A DNA stretch of 64,000 nt, from IMG/VR virus record IMGVR_UViG_3300021387_001774, positions 160,001-224,000 of that record. One strand, written 5' to 3'. This document shows, in pieces, positions 41,336-51,071 of the stretch; positions within the stretch are counted from its first letter, which is position 1; every line of letters starts with the position of its first letter. The position numbers and the translations under genes were made by a program. The stretch is from a virus. Its lineage: Duplodnaviria > Caudoviricetes. The notes under the pieces were generated by a model. The model was not told where the DNA came from and ran no database searches. It worked only from the letters and a program-made list of their open reading frames with translations.

Positions 41336-41632
41336 ATGTTTAATTTAAAAGAGTTTTATGTTTATACTGTGAAAAAAGGTAAACTAAAGATGTACTATAA
41401 TAAAGGTAATAAACCAATATCCTCGAAGAAAAGACAAAAATTAATTAATGATTTTTATGCAGATGTAAATGAATTAAACATGGAAAGAGAAAAATTTCTT
41501 AAAAGAAATCCAGAACTTGTTCAACTTCATAATGAACTAAAAAAAGAAGATAGAATAGCAATATGTCAATTTTTAGGAGTTATTGTAGCTTTAATTGTAG
41601 TTATTATATTACTTTTGAAATTAATATTTTAG
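41336..41632 (+). CDS. tail-anchored membrane protein
   Basis: 98 aa, C-terminal TM helix, early-type promoter at 41297. Confidence 0.75.
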   Translation: MFNLKEFYVYTVKKGKLKMYYNKGNKPISSKKRQKLINDFYADVNELNMEREKFLKRNPELVQLHNELKKEDRIAICQFLGVIVALIVVIILLLKLIF

Positions 41633-41719
41633 ATTATATATTTAAAGAAGAACGTTTTACGTTCTTCTATTTATTTTTTTCCGACGACAACCCTATATAC
41701 TTAAGATGAGGTATCTATT

Positions 41720-43108
41720 ATGAAAATGATTAAAACAGTAGATAATAAGATAACCAAATATAAAGATGTTGATAAGATGCAACAAATTTATTTAGAAAAT
41801 GACGAAGTTAAATTTGTATCTACGGAATATGAAAATAAAGAAGTTCCATTAGATGATGTATGTAAATTGTATAATATTCTTATGGGAACAATAACCAAAT
41901 ATGATTCTCAATATAAACATGATGATACAAAAACGAAAGAATATATTATCAATGAGTTAAAGAATGAACGTCAAATGTTTATGCTTTATATGGATAATGA
42001 TTCTGTTAAAGGTTTTGTTACATTTGGTAAAAATGGTAATGATATTAATGTAAATAAATTAGTTGTTGATGATAACTATAGAAAACAAGGAATCGGTACA
42101 TATATTCTCAAGTATGTAGAATATGTTGCAGATAATATGTATGAAAGTTCTAAGATTACTTTAAACGTAGCTGATAAAAATACTACTGCTATAGATTTCT
42201 ATAGAGATTATGGTTTTATGTCAGAAGATGAATCAAAAGAATCGTTTTGGTTTATTTCTGTAGAAGATTATAAGAATACAGGAAGCAAGAAATACATTTA
42301 TAATAATAGAAAAGATGTAGGCGGAAGACGTAGATTCAAATGTTTAGATTGTGGACAACGTTTTCATGAATTTAATGACCTTGTAAAACATGCTTCCAAA
42401 TATCATAAAGATTTAGTTGGTGATGAAGATATTTATAAATATCTTTATGAAAAAAGAAATCCTGGTCCATATATCTGTCCTATATGTAATAAAAATCCTA
42501 GACCTTGGGATCCTGTAAAACGTAAATATAAACGTATTTGTGATTCTCCAGAATGTGCTAAGAAAAGTAGAGAAGCTTTTAAAAAGAATATGAAAAAGGT
42601 TTATGGTACAGATAATCTTCTTAAAGATCCAGAACATCAAGCTAAAATGATGGCTAATAGACATATTTCTGGTAAGTTTAAATTCCCAGATGGTGTAGAA
42701 ATTACTTATGTAGGGAATTATGAATTGGATTTTTTGAGATATCTTGTAGATAAATATAAATTTGATTCTACTGATATCATTGAATGTCCTAGAGAATTAT
42801 ATATTCAGTATTATGATATTTACACTGAAAAGGAACGTTGGTATATTCCAGATTTCTTCTTACCAAAATTTGATCTTGTTGTAGAAATAAAAGATGGAAG
42901 CAAATATCCAAAGGATTCTAAACAGAAATCATTACTTAAAGATAAAGCAGTGATTAAAGAAGATAAGTTTAATTATATTAAAATCGTTGATAAGGACTAT
43001 ACAGATTTTGATAACTTTATTAATATGGTTATCGAGAATCATTATAGTGAAGAGAAGAGGGATACTAAACATATCTTTATGATTCCGGTACAAAAGTTTG
43101 CTTTATAA
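41720..43108 (+). CDS. GNAT acetyltransferase / C2H2 zinc finger / PD-(D/E)XK nuclease fusion
   Basis: LVVDDNYRKQGIGT and N..AIDFY...GF (GNAT); FKCLDCGQRF...LVKHASKYH (C2H2); CPIC...C...C; YIPDFFLPKFDLVVEIKD (nuclease). Confidence 0.8.
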   Translation: MKMIKTVDNKITKYKDVDKMQQIYLENDEVKFVSTEYENKEVPLDDVCKLYNILMGTITKYDSQYKHDDTKTKEYIINELKNERQMFMLYMDNDSVKGFVTFGKNGNDINVNKLVVDDNYRKQGIGTYILKYVEYVADNMYESSKITLNVADKNTTAIDFYRDYGFMSEDESKESFWFISVEDYKNTGSKKYIYNNRKDVGGRRRFKCLDCGQRFHEFNDLVKHASKYHKDLVGDEDIYKYLYEKRNPGPYICPICNKNPRPWDPVKRKYKRICDSPECAKKSREAFKKNMKKVYGTDNLLKDPEHQAKMMANRHISGKFKFPDGVEITYVGNYELDFLRYLVDKYKFDSTDIIECPRELYIQYYDIYTEKERWYIPDFFLPKFDLVVEIKDGSKYPKDSKQKSLLKDKAVIKEDKFNYIKIVDKDYTDFDNFINMVIENHYSEEKRDTKHIFMIPVQKFAL

Positions 43109-43268
43109 TTTTTTATATATAAAGAACAAATAGATGTATTTCTATTACAGTAGATAGTGTAAAAACTGAAAATTTTTTAGTTATATATTATATGACTGAA
43201 TGTAGAGATACATCCAAAAACAAAGTAGCCAAAGCGCGCGCTACTAAATATTTCTTCAGGAGGGCCAT

Positions 43269-43433
43269 ATGGCTGACAATGAAAAGAAGGGATTTGTAAA
43301 GTCTGTAACAGACTCAGTTAAGGACGTGGTACCAAAGACCACAGGTGGAAAGGTTGCTGGCGGTGTATTCGCCGGATTGCTTTCTGTTGGATCCTTCTTT
43401 ATTGGAAGGATTACAAAGAAATCAAAGAAGTAA
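43269..43433 (+). CDS. 54-aa single-TM small protein (absent from the ORF track)
   Basis: AGGAGG SD; MADNEKKGFVKSVTDSVKDVVPKTTGGKVAGGVFAGLLSVGSFFIGRITKKSKK; early-type promoter at ~43181. Confidence 0.8.
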   Translation: MADNEKKGFVKSVTDSVKDVVPKTTGGKVAGGVFAGLLSVGSFFIGRITKKSKK

Positions 43434-43443
43434 TCTTTCTGGT

Positions 43444-43504
43444 AGCACTATAGTTTAAATGGTAAAACAGTTTATCTATGGGAGTTCAAATCTCCCTAGT
43501 GCTG
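43444..43504 (+). ncRNA. tRNA mimic lacking the anticodon arm
   Basis: Acceptor AGCACTA/TAGTGCT, D-arm GTTT-AAATGGTA-AAAC, T-arm GGGAG-TTCAAAT-CTCCC; only 11 nt between the D and T arms. Confidence 0.8.
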
Positions 43505-43577
43505 TATGAAAATCTTATTAACTAAAGATTTTCATAATTGACTCCTTGGGGACCCGGTAGTAACCGGGTCCCATTTT
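43505..43577 (+). ncRNA. putative antisense sRNA (hairpin, anti-SD linker, terminator)
   Basis: 12-bp hairpin, linker ATTGACTCCTT, GGGACCCGGT/ACCGGGTCCC terminator; 43526-43547 is complementary to 58440-58462. Confidence 0.65.
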
Positions 43578-43590
43578 ATATTTTTTTTCT

Positions 43591-43603
43591 AATTATATAT
43601 TAT
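43591..43603 (+). promoter_or_regulatory. early-type promoter AATTATATATTAT (representative copy)
   Basis: Motif recurs upstream of genes/RNAs at ~13159, 37519, 40666, 41297, 43181, 51010, 55501, 55860, 56254, 57431, 58378, 59108 (+) and ~1182, 3131, 5768, 33869, 52906 (-); similar to the TATATTAC early promoter of phiKZ. Confidence 0.8.
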
Positions 43604-43623
43604 ATAAGTGGAGGATTTAAACT

Positions 43624-44517
43624 ATGAATTTAGGAACAGATTTTGAGGTCTTGAGTGAATATCCACTTTGGACATACGACGAACATGATAAGCCAGTATT
43701 GATACAGAATACATACGATAATATCAATGTAATTCGTTATTGGCCTATGGGTAAAAAGAATCATCATTTTTATGATATCCCTATTGAAGAACCAATTACA
43801 GCATTTATGCCGTTTGGAACATTCTTCTTTAAAACACAAGAAGAATGTGCTAGATTTGGTAAATTAATCGATTCTCAAGAGGGTAAGCAGACAGTTCTAG
43901 AAAATTCGTATGAGTGTTCTAGAAAAAATAAACATATAGTTAAAATGAGTTGTAGAGATGATATACCTAATGGTATATATTCTACTAAAGTATTAGACGA
44001 TATTATAAATGCTGATGAACTCTTTAACTTACGTTATGTAGATGAAGAGTGTAAAATAAAAGAAATTATGCAAGCTAATGACATCATTAATAAATATGTA
44101 AGAGAATACATGAAGATGTTTACTTTTACAGAACGTCATGATTTACGATATGAGAGAGTTTTATTTGAATTATATAAAGAAGGAAATAAACTATATATTA
44201 ATCACGTTTTTATAAGTTGCGGTAGTTATTTTACAAATAATGATATTTTATTACATTCAAGGATAATGAATTATCCTATTTGTGTAGCACCAAATTGTGC
44301 TAAAACTGTACAAATAGTTTTGACAAATGGTGGTTTTAATGCATTGAGTATGCAAGAACGACAAATTTCTTTGAAAAATATTAAAGATGCAAAAGCTAGA
44401 AAAGAAAGACATAAAAAATTAGCTAAAAATATTGCTAAGATGTGTGGAGAATATGCTTGGGAACATAAAGGTGAGATATTCATGAAACTAAAGAGCTTAG
44501 TGTCTACAGTTGTATAA
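43624..44517 (+). CDS. hypothetical early protein
   Basis: 297 aa, GGAGG SD, terminator at ~44522-44547. Confidence 0.8.
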   Translation: MNLGTDFEVLSEYPLWTYDEHDKPVLIQNTYDNINVIRYWPMGKKNHHFYDIPIEEPITAFMPFGTFFFKTQEECARFGKLIDSQEGKQTVLENSYECSRKNKHIVKMSCRDDIPNGIYSTKVLDDIINADELFNLRYVDEECKIKEIMQANDIINKYVREYMKMFTFTERHDLRYERVLFELYKEGNKLYINHVFISCGSYFTNNDILLHSRIMNYPICVAPNCAKTVQIVLTNGGFNALSMQERQISLKNIKDAKARKERHKKLAKNIAKMCGEYAWEHKGEIFMKLKSLVSTVV

Positions 44518-44554
44518 AACTAGTGGGAGGATATAATTCCTCCCACTTATTTTT

Positions 44555-45244
44555 TTATTTAAGTCTAGAAATTACAGAAGTTAATGCTTTGTCCATATCA
44601 TTTAACTTCGTAGACATATCGTTCACTTTTCCAAGGATATTATTGTCAGAGAATTGTGAATTGATTTGCTTAGCAGACGTTTCTAATGAAATCATTGATA
44701 ATAATGAATCATTAGCTTTATCTATAATAGCTCTAGATTTTTCTAGTTGGGATCCTACAGAATCTAATGAATTATCATAAATTTCTGTAAATTCAATAGA
44801 TACTTTTTCTTTTTCTATATTATAAGCTTTATCTATAGCATTTTTTATAGTTTTTACAATATCATCTTTGTTAAATGTATCTGTATTAGAAAGATTCTTT
44901 ATTTTAAACTCCATCTTATATACGTGACTTTCATTTATAATCTCTGTTTTATCAAAATCAATAATATCGTCCCAAAGGATTAAATGATCATTAGTAATTA
45001 TCCATTCACCATTTTTGTTTTCAACTACAGCACAATCATAATAAATTTGATTTTTAAGATATTCTAGTGTATCTCCATCACCAACATTATTAATGAATTT
45101 TTCATTAATAGCTACATTTTCTACCATAGAATTATATTGGGAAGCACGTTCATAATTAATATATCCCAATATTTTAACTTGTTTGTTTTCTATGTAATTG
45201 GATGTAGTAAATACAGAATAAAGCTTATTTATATTTAATTTCAT
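44555..45244 (-). CDS. hypothetical protein with C-terminal coiled coil
   Basis: 229 aa, AGGAG SD, late-type promoter at 45266-45277. Confidence 0.8.
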   Translation of the reverse strand: MKLNINKLYSVFTTSNYIENKQVKILGYINYERASQYNSMVENVAINEKFINNVGDGDTLEYLKNQIYYDCAVVENKNGEWIITNDHLILWDDIIDFDKTEIINESHVYKMEFKIKNLSNTDTFNKDDIVKTIKNAIDKAYNIEKEKVSIEFTEIYDNSLDSVGSQLEKSRAIIDKANDSLLSMISLETSAKQINSQFSDNNILGKVNDMSTKLNDMDKALTSVISRLK

Positions 45245-45349
45245 ATAATTACTCCTATTATGGTATATTAGAATGTTTTTCTTATAAATATTAAAAATAT
45301 TTAAAATAATAAAATATAATGAGTTTTATTTTTCGAAAAGGAGTCTTAT

Positions 45350-45883
45350 ATGAAAGAGATCGTTGATAATTTTACTATTCATTTTGGAAATATAAAATTT
45401 TTTGATGTGGCAGATGGTCCTGGAGTTAGAATAGCTTTGTATGTTTCTGGTTGTCCTCATGCTTGCGAGGGATGCCACAATAAAGAATCTTGGGATTATA
45501 ATTACGGTAAAAAGTTTACTAATGATGAAATGACTATAATTGTAGAAAATCTTAAAAAAGAATTTATTACTGGATTTTCTATACTTGGTGGAGAACCTCT
45601 TGATCCTAAGAATCGTTCAGATGTTTATTCTATTATAGAACTAATAAAAGAACAATTTCCTGATAAAAGTATTTGGGTATGGACCGGTTATACATGGGAA
45701 GAATTAATGGAAAAGAAAGCTATTCCACAAGACATTTTAAAACTTATAGATGTAATTGTAGATGGACGATTTATTCTTTCCCAAAGAGATATTACACTAA
45801 AATATAGAGGTTCACCAAATCAAAGAGTTATCGATGTACAGAAAACTCTAAAAAGTAATTCGATTACATATTATTGTGACTGA
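45350..45883 (+). CDS. nrdG: anaerobic ribonucleotide reductase activating enzyme
   Basis: DGPGVR...SGCPHACEGCHN..SW, GGEPL, WTGY, DVIVDGRF, RGSPNQRVID. Confidence 0.95.
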   Translation: MKEIVDNFTIHFGNIKFFDVADGPGVRIALYVSGCPHACEGCHNKESWDYNYGKKFTNDEMTIIVENLKKEFITGFSILGGEPLDPKNRSDVYSIIELIKEQFPDKSIWVWTGYTWEELMEKKAIPQDILKLIDVIVDGRFILSQRDITLKYRGSPNQRVIDVQKTLKSNSITYYCD

Positions 45884-45897
45884 AAAGGAACAAGAAT

Positions 45898-46971
45898 ATG
45901 AATATTTTATGTATTGGTGATATCCATTTTGGAAAATTGAATAATGATGATTATGTTTATGAATGTCTTAGAAAACATTTTATAGAATACGCTAAGAAGA
46001 ATAAAGTTGATCTTATAGTAATATGTGGAGATTCGTATGATTGTAGAGTAATGGTAGATTCTACAGCAAATATTAATTTTAATAAATTTATATCTGATTG
46101 TATTTCTACCGGTGCTACAATTATAGTAATAGAAGGAACTGAATCACATGAAAGATATCAAATAAATGGATTACTTCATTATATATCAGACAAATTCTTT
46201 ATAGTTAATACTGTAACTAAGTTAAATATATTAGGTCTAAAATTACTTATTCTTCCAGAAGAATATGTTAGAGATCAATCATATTATAAAGAATATCTTG
46301 ATGATAAATATGACTTTATATTTGGTCATGGTATGAGTACTCATGTAGGTTTTGCTGGTAAAGTAAGCGATGAGATTATGAAATCACCATATGTTTGGGA
46401 TGCTAAAAAATTGGAACAGATTTGTAGATACTATACTGTGTTTGGTCATATACACACCCATTCTGAATACCATCATTTTATTTATACTGGATCATTCTCT
46501 AGATTAAACTTTGGAGAAATGGAACCCAAAGGTTTTATTCACATTAAACTCGATAAGAAATGTACTTACGAATTTATTGAAAATACAGATGCTCCGAGAT
46601 TTACAGATATAATAGAATCTAAATTACCAAATGATACAGAAGCATTATTAAAACATCTACGTGGTTATCAAGAAAATAATGACTTTCTTAGAATTATTAT
46701 AGATCAATCCGATGATAGTAAGTTCAATACGATAAAAGGATTTGTAATGAATCATAAAAATTGTTGTACTAAGAAAGTTATAAATACATCAGAGAAGAAA
46801 CTTGAAGAAATATCTGAGAATATAAAGGAGAAACAAAATTTATTAAACGATAAGATGAAAGATTATAATAATATGAATTTTGTACAAATTACACAGAAGA
46901 TAGCAAAAGATGAATATCATGAAGATTTTTCTCAAGAAGAGATAAATACAATTCTAAACTACGTTGTATAA
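45898..46971 (+). CDS. SbcD/Mre11-like metallophosphoesterase nuclease
   Basis: GDIHFG, GDSYD, GTESHE, GHG, GHIH, YTGS...FGE.E.KGF. Confidence 0.9.
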   Translation: MNILCIGDIHFGKLNNDDYVYECLRKHFIEYAKKNKVDLIVICGDSYDCRVMVDSTANINFNKFISDCISTGATIIVIEGTESHERYQINGLLHYISDKFFIVNTVTKLNILGLKLLILPEEYVRDQSYYKEYLDDKYDFIFGHGMSTHVGFAGKVSDEIMKSPYVWDAKKLEQICRYYTVFGHIHTHSEYHHFIYTGSFSRLNFGEMEPKGFIHIKLDKKCTYEFIENTDAPRFTDIIESKLPNDTEALLKHLRGYQENNDFLRIIIDQSDDSKFNTIKGFVMNHKNCCTKKVINTSEKKLEEISENIKEKQNLLNDKMKDYNNMNFVQITQKIAKDEYHEDFSQEEINTILNYVV

Positions 46972-46986
46972 AGGAGAGTAGACGTA

Positions 46987-47436
46987 ATGACAGTGACTGA
47001 ACTTAGGGTAACAATGGATGAATTGTTGGGTTTTAATGAGTTTTTAAAACGTAATGATTTTGGTGATAAAATTCTTTATAAAGCAAAATCACTTACTGAT
47101 CAGCCATATATAGATATGACGTCATTGGCTAGGAGAATGTATAAATTTTGTTATCAGAGAATTTCAAATGAAACAATAGAAAAGAAAATTAATAAAGGTA
47201 AATATGAAACTTGGAACGAATTTATTGGTTCATACAGAATCATTTTAAAAGATAACAATCCTAGGGACTTCGATGGTGTTGATTTGCCTGGAGAAGAAAA
47301 AACTGAAGATGCGACTGATTTTGCAAAAATGCTTTTTATGTGTATATACGATTTCTGTTATAAACAAATAGTTAGTATTTCTAAAGATATATATGGTAAC
47401 TTTTTACACAATGTTGCTATTGAAACCAAAAAATAA
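46987..47436 (+). CDS. hypothetical protein
   Basis: 149 aa, AAGGAG SD. Confidence 0.75.
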   Translation: MTVTELRVTMDELLGFNEFLKRNDFGDKILYKAKSLTDQPYIDMTSLARRMYKFCYQRISNETIEKKINKGKYETWNEFIGSYRIILKDNNPRDFDGVDLPGEEKTEDATDFAKMLFMCIYDFCYKQIVSISKDIYGNFLHNVAIETKK

Positions 47437-47485
47437 ATAAAATATATATAATATATGTGAATTAAATACGCCAAGGAGTTTTACC

Positions 47486-47917
47486 ATGACTAGAGAAGAA
47501 CCAATGGATTTTGGTGGATCACCTATTGATATACAAGACTGTATCAGTGATGATCTTATTAGTAGGATTAAAGGATTGAATCCTGATTTAGGTGTAGCAG
47601 GAAAAGATCCTTTATATGAACATTATGCACAGCACCGTGACGAAATTGAAAATGCTGAACTTATAATCATAGATGCTAATAGTCTTAATAGAAGTTCTAT
47701 TATGAATCTTGATTTGTTCGGAGATATTTCTGGTATACAAGATCTACCGGCAGATTATTTCCAGTTGAGAGATGACACTCTTGAATATGGATTTGGTAGA
47801 GATGAATTTAGTGTAGACTGGAGTGATAATAGTAATGAAGGTTTCGGAGATGAATTTGGTGGATACACTGACTTTGGAGAAACTGAATTTAGTCTAGAAT
47901 CAGATGGTATTTATTAA
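47486..47917 (+). CDS. acidic hypothetical protein
   Basis: 143 aa, AAGGAG SD. Confidence 0.75.
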   Translation: MTREEPMDFGGSPIDIQDCISDDLISRIKGLNPDLGVAGKDPLYEHYAQHRDEIENAELIIIDANSLNRSSIMNLDLFGDISGIQDLPADYFQLRDDTLEYGFGRDEFSVDWSDNSNEGFGDEFGGYTDFGETEFSLESDGIY

Positions 47918-47943
47918 AAGTTAAAAATACTGAACAAATAAAT

Positions 47944-48006
47944 GTAGCAGAGGAAATACTTGTATCCAAAAATCCCATCCCACTCATACTGTATGACCTC
48001 TGCTAT
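47944..48006 (+). ncRNA. putative sRNA with C-rich loop in the tRNA-Asn leader
   Basis: GTAGCAGAGG/CCTCTGCTAT stem enclosing two mini-hairpins and CCAAAAATCCCATCCCAC; begins at the late-type promoter at 47933. Confidence 0.5.
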
Positions 48007-48016
48007 TTTTATAAAT

Positions 48017-48090
48017 GTCTCTTTAGCTCAGTTGGTTAGAGCTCCAGCCTGTTAAGCTGGATGTCGTAGGTTCGAGCCCTACAAGAGACG
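48017..48090 (+). tRNA. tRNA-Asn(GTT)
   Basis: Full cloverleaf: GTCTCTT/AAGAGAC, anticodon loop CTGTTAA, TTCGAGC T-loop; CCA not encoded. Confidence 0.95.
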
Positions 48091-48170
48091 TTCTGCTAAC
48101 AAATAACATTCATAGGCTGGTGTGTTTTTGTTCTCCTTTTTATGGTAGCTTGTTAAGCTACCATATTTTT
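48091..48170 (+). ncRNA. tRNA trailer: hairpin, CTCCTT anti-SD linker, terminator
   Basis: AACAAA.../...TTTGTT imperfect hairpin, CTCCTTTT, TATGGTAGCTT/AAGCTACCATA terminator. Confidence 0.5.
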
Positions 48171-48212
48171 TTTTGTTTTTATTCTAAATAAATTAATATA
48201 TGAGGTTTTATT

Positions 48213-49568
48213 ATGCATAGACATTATGAATATTTTTTCGATATATTATTTACGATACCTGCTAGAAACATTTCTTTTAAACCTTATTCAATGGTAGAAT
48301 TTGTTAAAGAATGTAATTATCATAATAGTACCATTCCTTCATATAAACTTAAATGTAAAATAAAAGATAAGAATTTAAACGTTTTACGTTTATATGATAA
48401 AGAAGTAATGGTAAATATAAAACAATATATGTATTATGGAGAAAAAAGAGAAAATTTAAGTGATTGTAAAATATTATTGGATCTAGATTTTGCTTGTTAC
48501 TTTGATAAGAATTCGTTACCTAATTATATGGCTTCTGCTAAAAAGGCTAGTCCTACAATAGGTGAGAAAGACGAATATTTACCAAATACTCTTGGTGTAG
48601 AAACACCACACGAAATTCAATTTTTTCTTTTATTAAAAGATGATTTGAAAATGAAAACATTTATACATAATTATGTATTTGGTTCAGAAGAAATGCCTGC
48701 GTCAACTATAGATGCGGTAATGACTATAGTTGAACAGAATCCATATGTAAAAGAAGTACTTATAGATCCTCCAGATAATACGAATAAATATACAGATATT
48801 ATAGTTGAACCAGCAGAACTAAAAGATGCTATTAAAAATATACAATATAAATATGGTATATATTCTAAAGGATTAGAATTATTTTTTGATAACGGAATGC
48901 TTTATATTTTAAATAAAATGGAAATAAATCATTCTAAACGAGAGAAAGAATTAAATGTTATTCAGATAAGAGCTAATGAAAGAACAGATATACCAAGTAC
49001 AATAGATTATGCTCTAATTAATGAAGACGAAGGATATATAGGATATGAACGAAAAACAACAGTTTCTAAAATGGATTTTGAAGCAATAGAAGGTATTTAC
49101 TCTGGTGATAAATTTGTATTTAGCAATTATGGAACGGTTATAAATTCTATGTTTGGTGATAAAGGTAAAACAACATTTGTTTCACCATTGAATAGCGTTG
49201 ATAGACCTAGACCAGCTAGAGTAGATGTAGGAGTTAAAAAAATATTGGATTACGATATGCTAAATAATCCATTTAATATGAGTTCATATATGTTCGAAAA
49301 GACACCGGGTGTACCTATAAGTTTAGCTATAACATCTATGAATCCTGAACATTTTACTCCTAATAAAATGGTTAAGATAGGTTTTGATACATCCGAATCA
49401 CAAAAGATGTATTCTGGTTTATATAATATACAATCTGCTTCTTTTGTTTATAGACAAACTCAATCTAATCCTGCAAAACGTTTTAATGCTTTTGGACATG
49501 CTGTATTAGTATTGGGTAATAAACAAGAAGGATATGATAAAGATTATGAACCATTAAAAGAAAAATAA
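48213..49568 (+). CDS. hypothetical protein (possible tail/baseplate hub)
   Basis: 451 aa; Q..YGIY..G...FFD and C-terminal SGLYNI..ASF patterns reminiscent of baseplate hub proteins. Confidence 0.65.
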   Translation: MHRHYEYFFDILFTIPARNISFKPYSMVEFVKECNYHNSTIPSYKLKCKIKDKNLNVLRLYDKEVMVNIKQYMYYGEKRENLSDCKILLDLDFACYFDKNSLPNYMASAKKASPTIGEKDEYLPNTLGVETPHEIQFFLLLKDDLKMKTFIHNYVFGSEEMPASTIDAVMTIVEQNPYVKEVLIDPPDNTNKYTDIIVEPAELKDAIKNIQYKYGIYSKGLELFFDNGMLYILNKMEINHSKREKELNVIQIRANERTDIPSTIDYALINEDEGYIGYERKTTVSKMDFEAIEGIYSGDKFVFSNYGTVINSMFGDKGKTTFVSPLNSVDRPRPARVDVGVKKILDYDMLNNPFNMSSYMFEKTPGVPISLAITSMNPEHFTPNKMVKIGFDTSESQKMYSGLYNIQSASFVYRQTQSNPAKRFNAFGHAVLVLGNKQEGYDKDYEPLKEK

Positions 49569-49606
49569 AATAAACAGGGAGATATTTCTCCCTGTTTATT
49601 TACTTA

Positions 49607-50944
49607 TTATAAAGGTTTAAAAATATTTAAAGTTGAACACAGAGAATAAGTCAAATTATCCACTGGATGCAAACTATTTACGGTATTTTGATTATTAAAC
49701 ATATCAACAAATGGATTACCAGTTGATACATTAGCTTTCATAACTCTAGAATATTCTTTATTTCTAGCTTCACGTTCAGCAGACAATTTTTTATAAAGTT
49801 TTGGCAAGAAATCTGGATTATTAATGATATATCTTTCGTAATCATTTCCTCCACATCTTACTTTATTTTCATTAGGAAGTTCTTCCCAATAAGGCAAATC
49901 TTCACGCAAAAGATTAGCCAAAGATTCAATGAATCTAGGTTGTTCATCGATCATTTCACCAAAACACATGGAGTTATAATGCCAGAAACCAAGAACATGA
50001 CCAATCTCATGTATTAAGACTTTATGAATTACATTACCTTTAGTGTTTTTAAAATATTGTTCTCGAATTTTAACAATACTTCCATGACCTAAACCTCTAT
50101 AGATATTAGCTGGCCACCATCCACCTTGAGTAACAGCGGCACCAATCTTGTCACTATTTGGACAAGCACCAAGACTAAATGTGTTTCTAGTTTGTGGACC
50201 ACCATAATGTGATGAACCAATTCCCCATACTTTTAATAAATGATTTAAATCTTCATCTTCAGTAAGGTCAATACACATGATTTCTTCTGGTGTATTCGTT
50301 GGGAAATTTTTATAATTATTTGTACCTGCGCCAGTATCATCTTTATATTCTGGTAAGATTCTAAATTTTTTACCAACAATTTTTTCGAAATTACGTAAAG
50401 TTTTTACCATTTCTTCAGATTGCATAGTGTATGCTAGATTAGTGATAGCCATTAAAATATTTTTAACGTCTTCTTTTGTTTGTCTTTTCTTTGCACCATA
50501 TTCGCAATACATTGGAATAGTAACATTCCAACAAATGTTCATATTTAGAAGTTTTTTATATCGTTCATCTTCTACTTCTACACTCATTTTGAATTCGTTA
50601 TATTTATCCATAACTCCAGTCTTAATGATAATATTCTCCAAAGGTTCAATAGTTAATGTAAAAATTTTATGTTTACCTTCAGCAAGCACTGGATATTCAA
50701 AATATACATCAACTTCGAGTGTGTATAATGAATAATTCATCAATTCGATAGTATCTTTATATTCGCCATATTTAACTACTAATGGATCTCTAAGTGGAAT
50801 AACTTGACCAGAGTACCAATGATCTGTACTAGGATCCAACACATTTTTAGATGTTATTGAAGGTTTGATAAATTTGAAGGGGTTCTCATAAGTAGGAACA
50901 GATTCAGAAACCTCAACAACATCGTCATTAAAAATTTGACTCAT
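49607..50944 (-). CDS. metzincin-like zinc metallopeptidase
   Basis: HEIGHVLGFWH (HExxHxxGxxH) followed by a Met-containing turn (NSM). Confidence 0.75.
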   Translation of the reverse strand: MSQIFNDDVVEVSESVPTYENPFKFIKPSITSKNVLDPSTDHWYSGQVIPLRDPLVVKYGEYKDTIELMNYSLYTLEVDVYFEYPVLAEGKHKIFTLTIEPLENIIIKTGVMDKYNEFKMSVEVEDERYKKLLNMNICWNVTIPMYCEYGAKKRQTKEDVKNILMAITNLAYTMQSEEMVKTLRNFEKIVGKKFRILPEYKDDTGAGTNNYKNFPTNTPEEIMCIDLTEDEDLNHLLKVWGIGSSHYGGPQTRNTFSLGACPNSDKIGAAVTQGGWWPANIYRGLGHGSIVKIREQYFKNTKGNVIHKVLIHEIGHVLGFWHYNSMCFGEMIDEQPRFIESLANLLREDLPYWEELPNENKVRCGGNDYERYIINNPDFLPKLYKKLSAEREARNKEYSRVMKANVSTGNPFVDMFNNQNTVNSLHPVDNLTYSLCSTLNIFKPL

Positions 50945-51071
50945 ATTACTCTCCGATAAAAAAGAATTAGAAAGATCATAACGACCTTTCTATATTTTAA
51001 TGTTATTTAAATTACATATTATATTCGTGGATAGTAGAAATACTATACTAAATAATATAAGGAAGGAAGAA

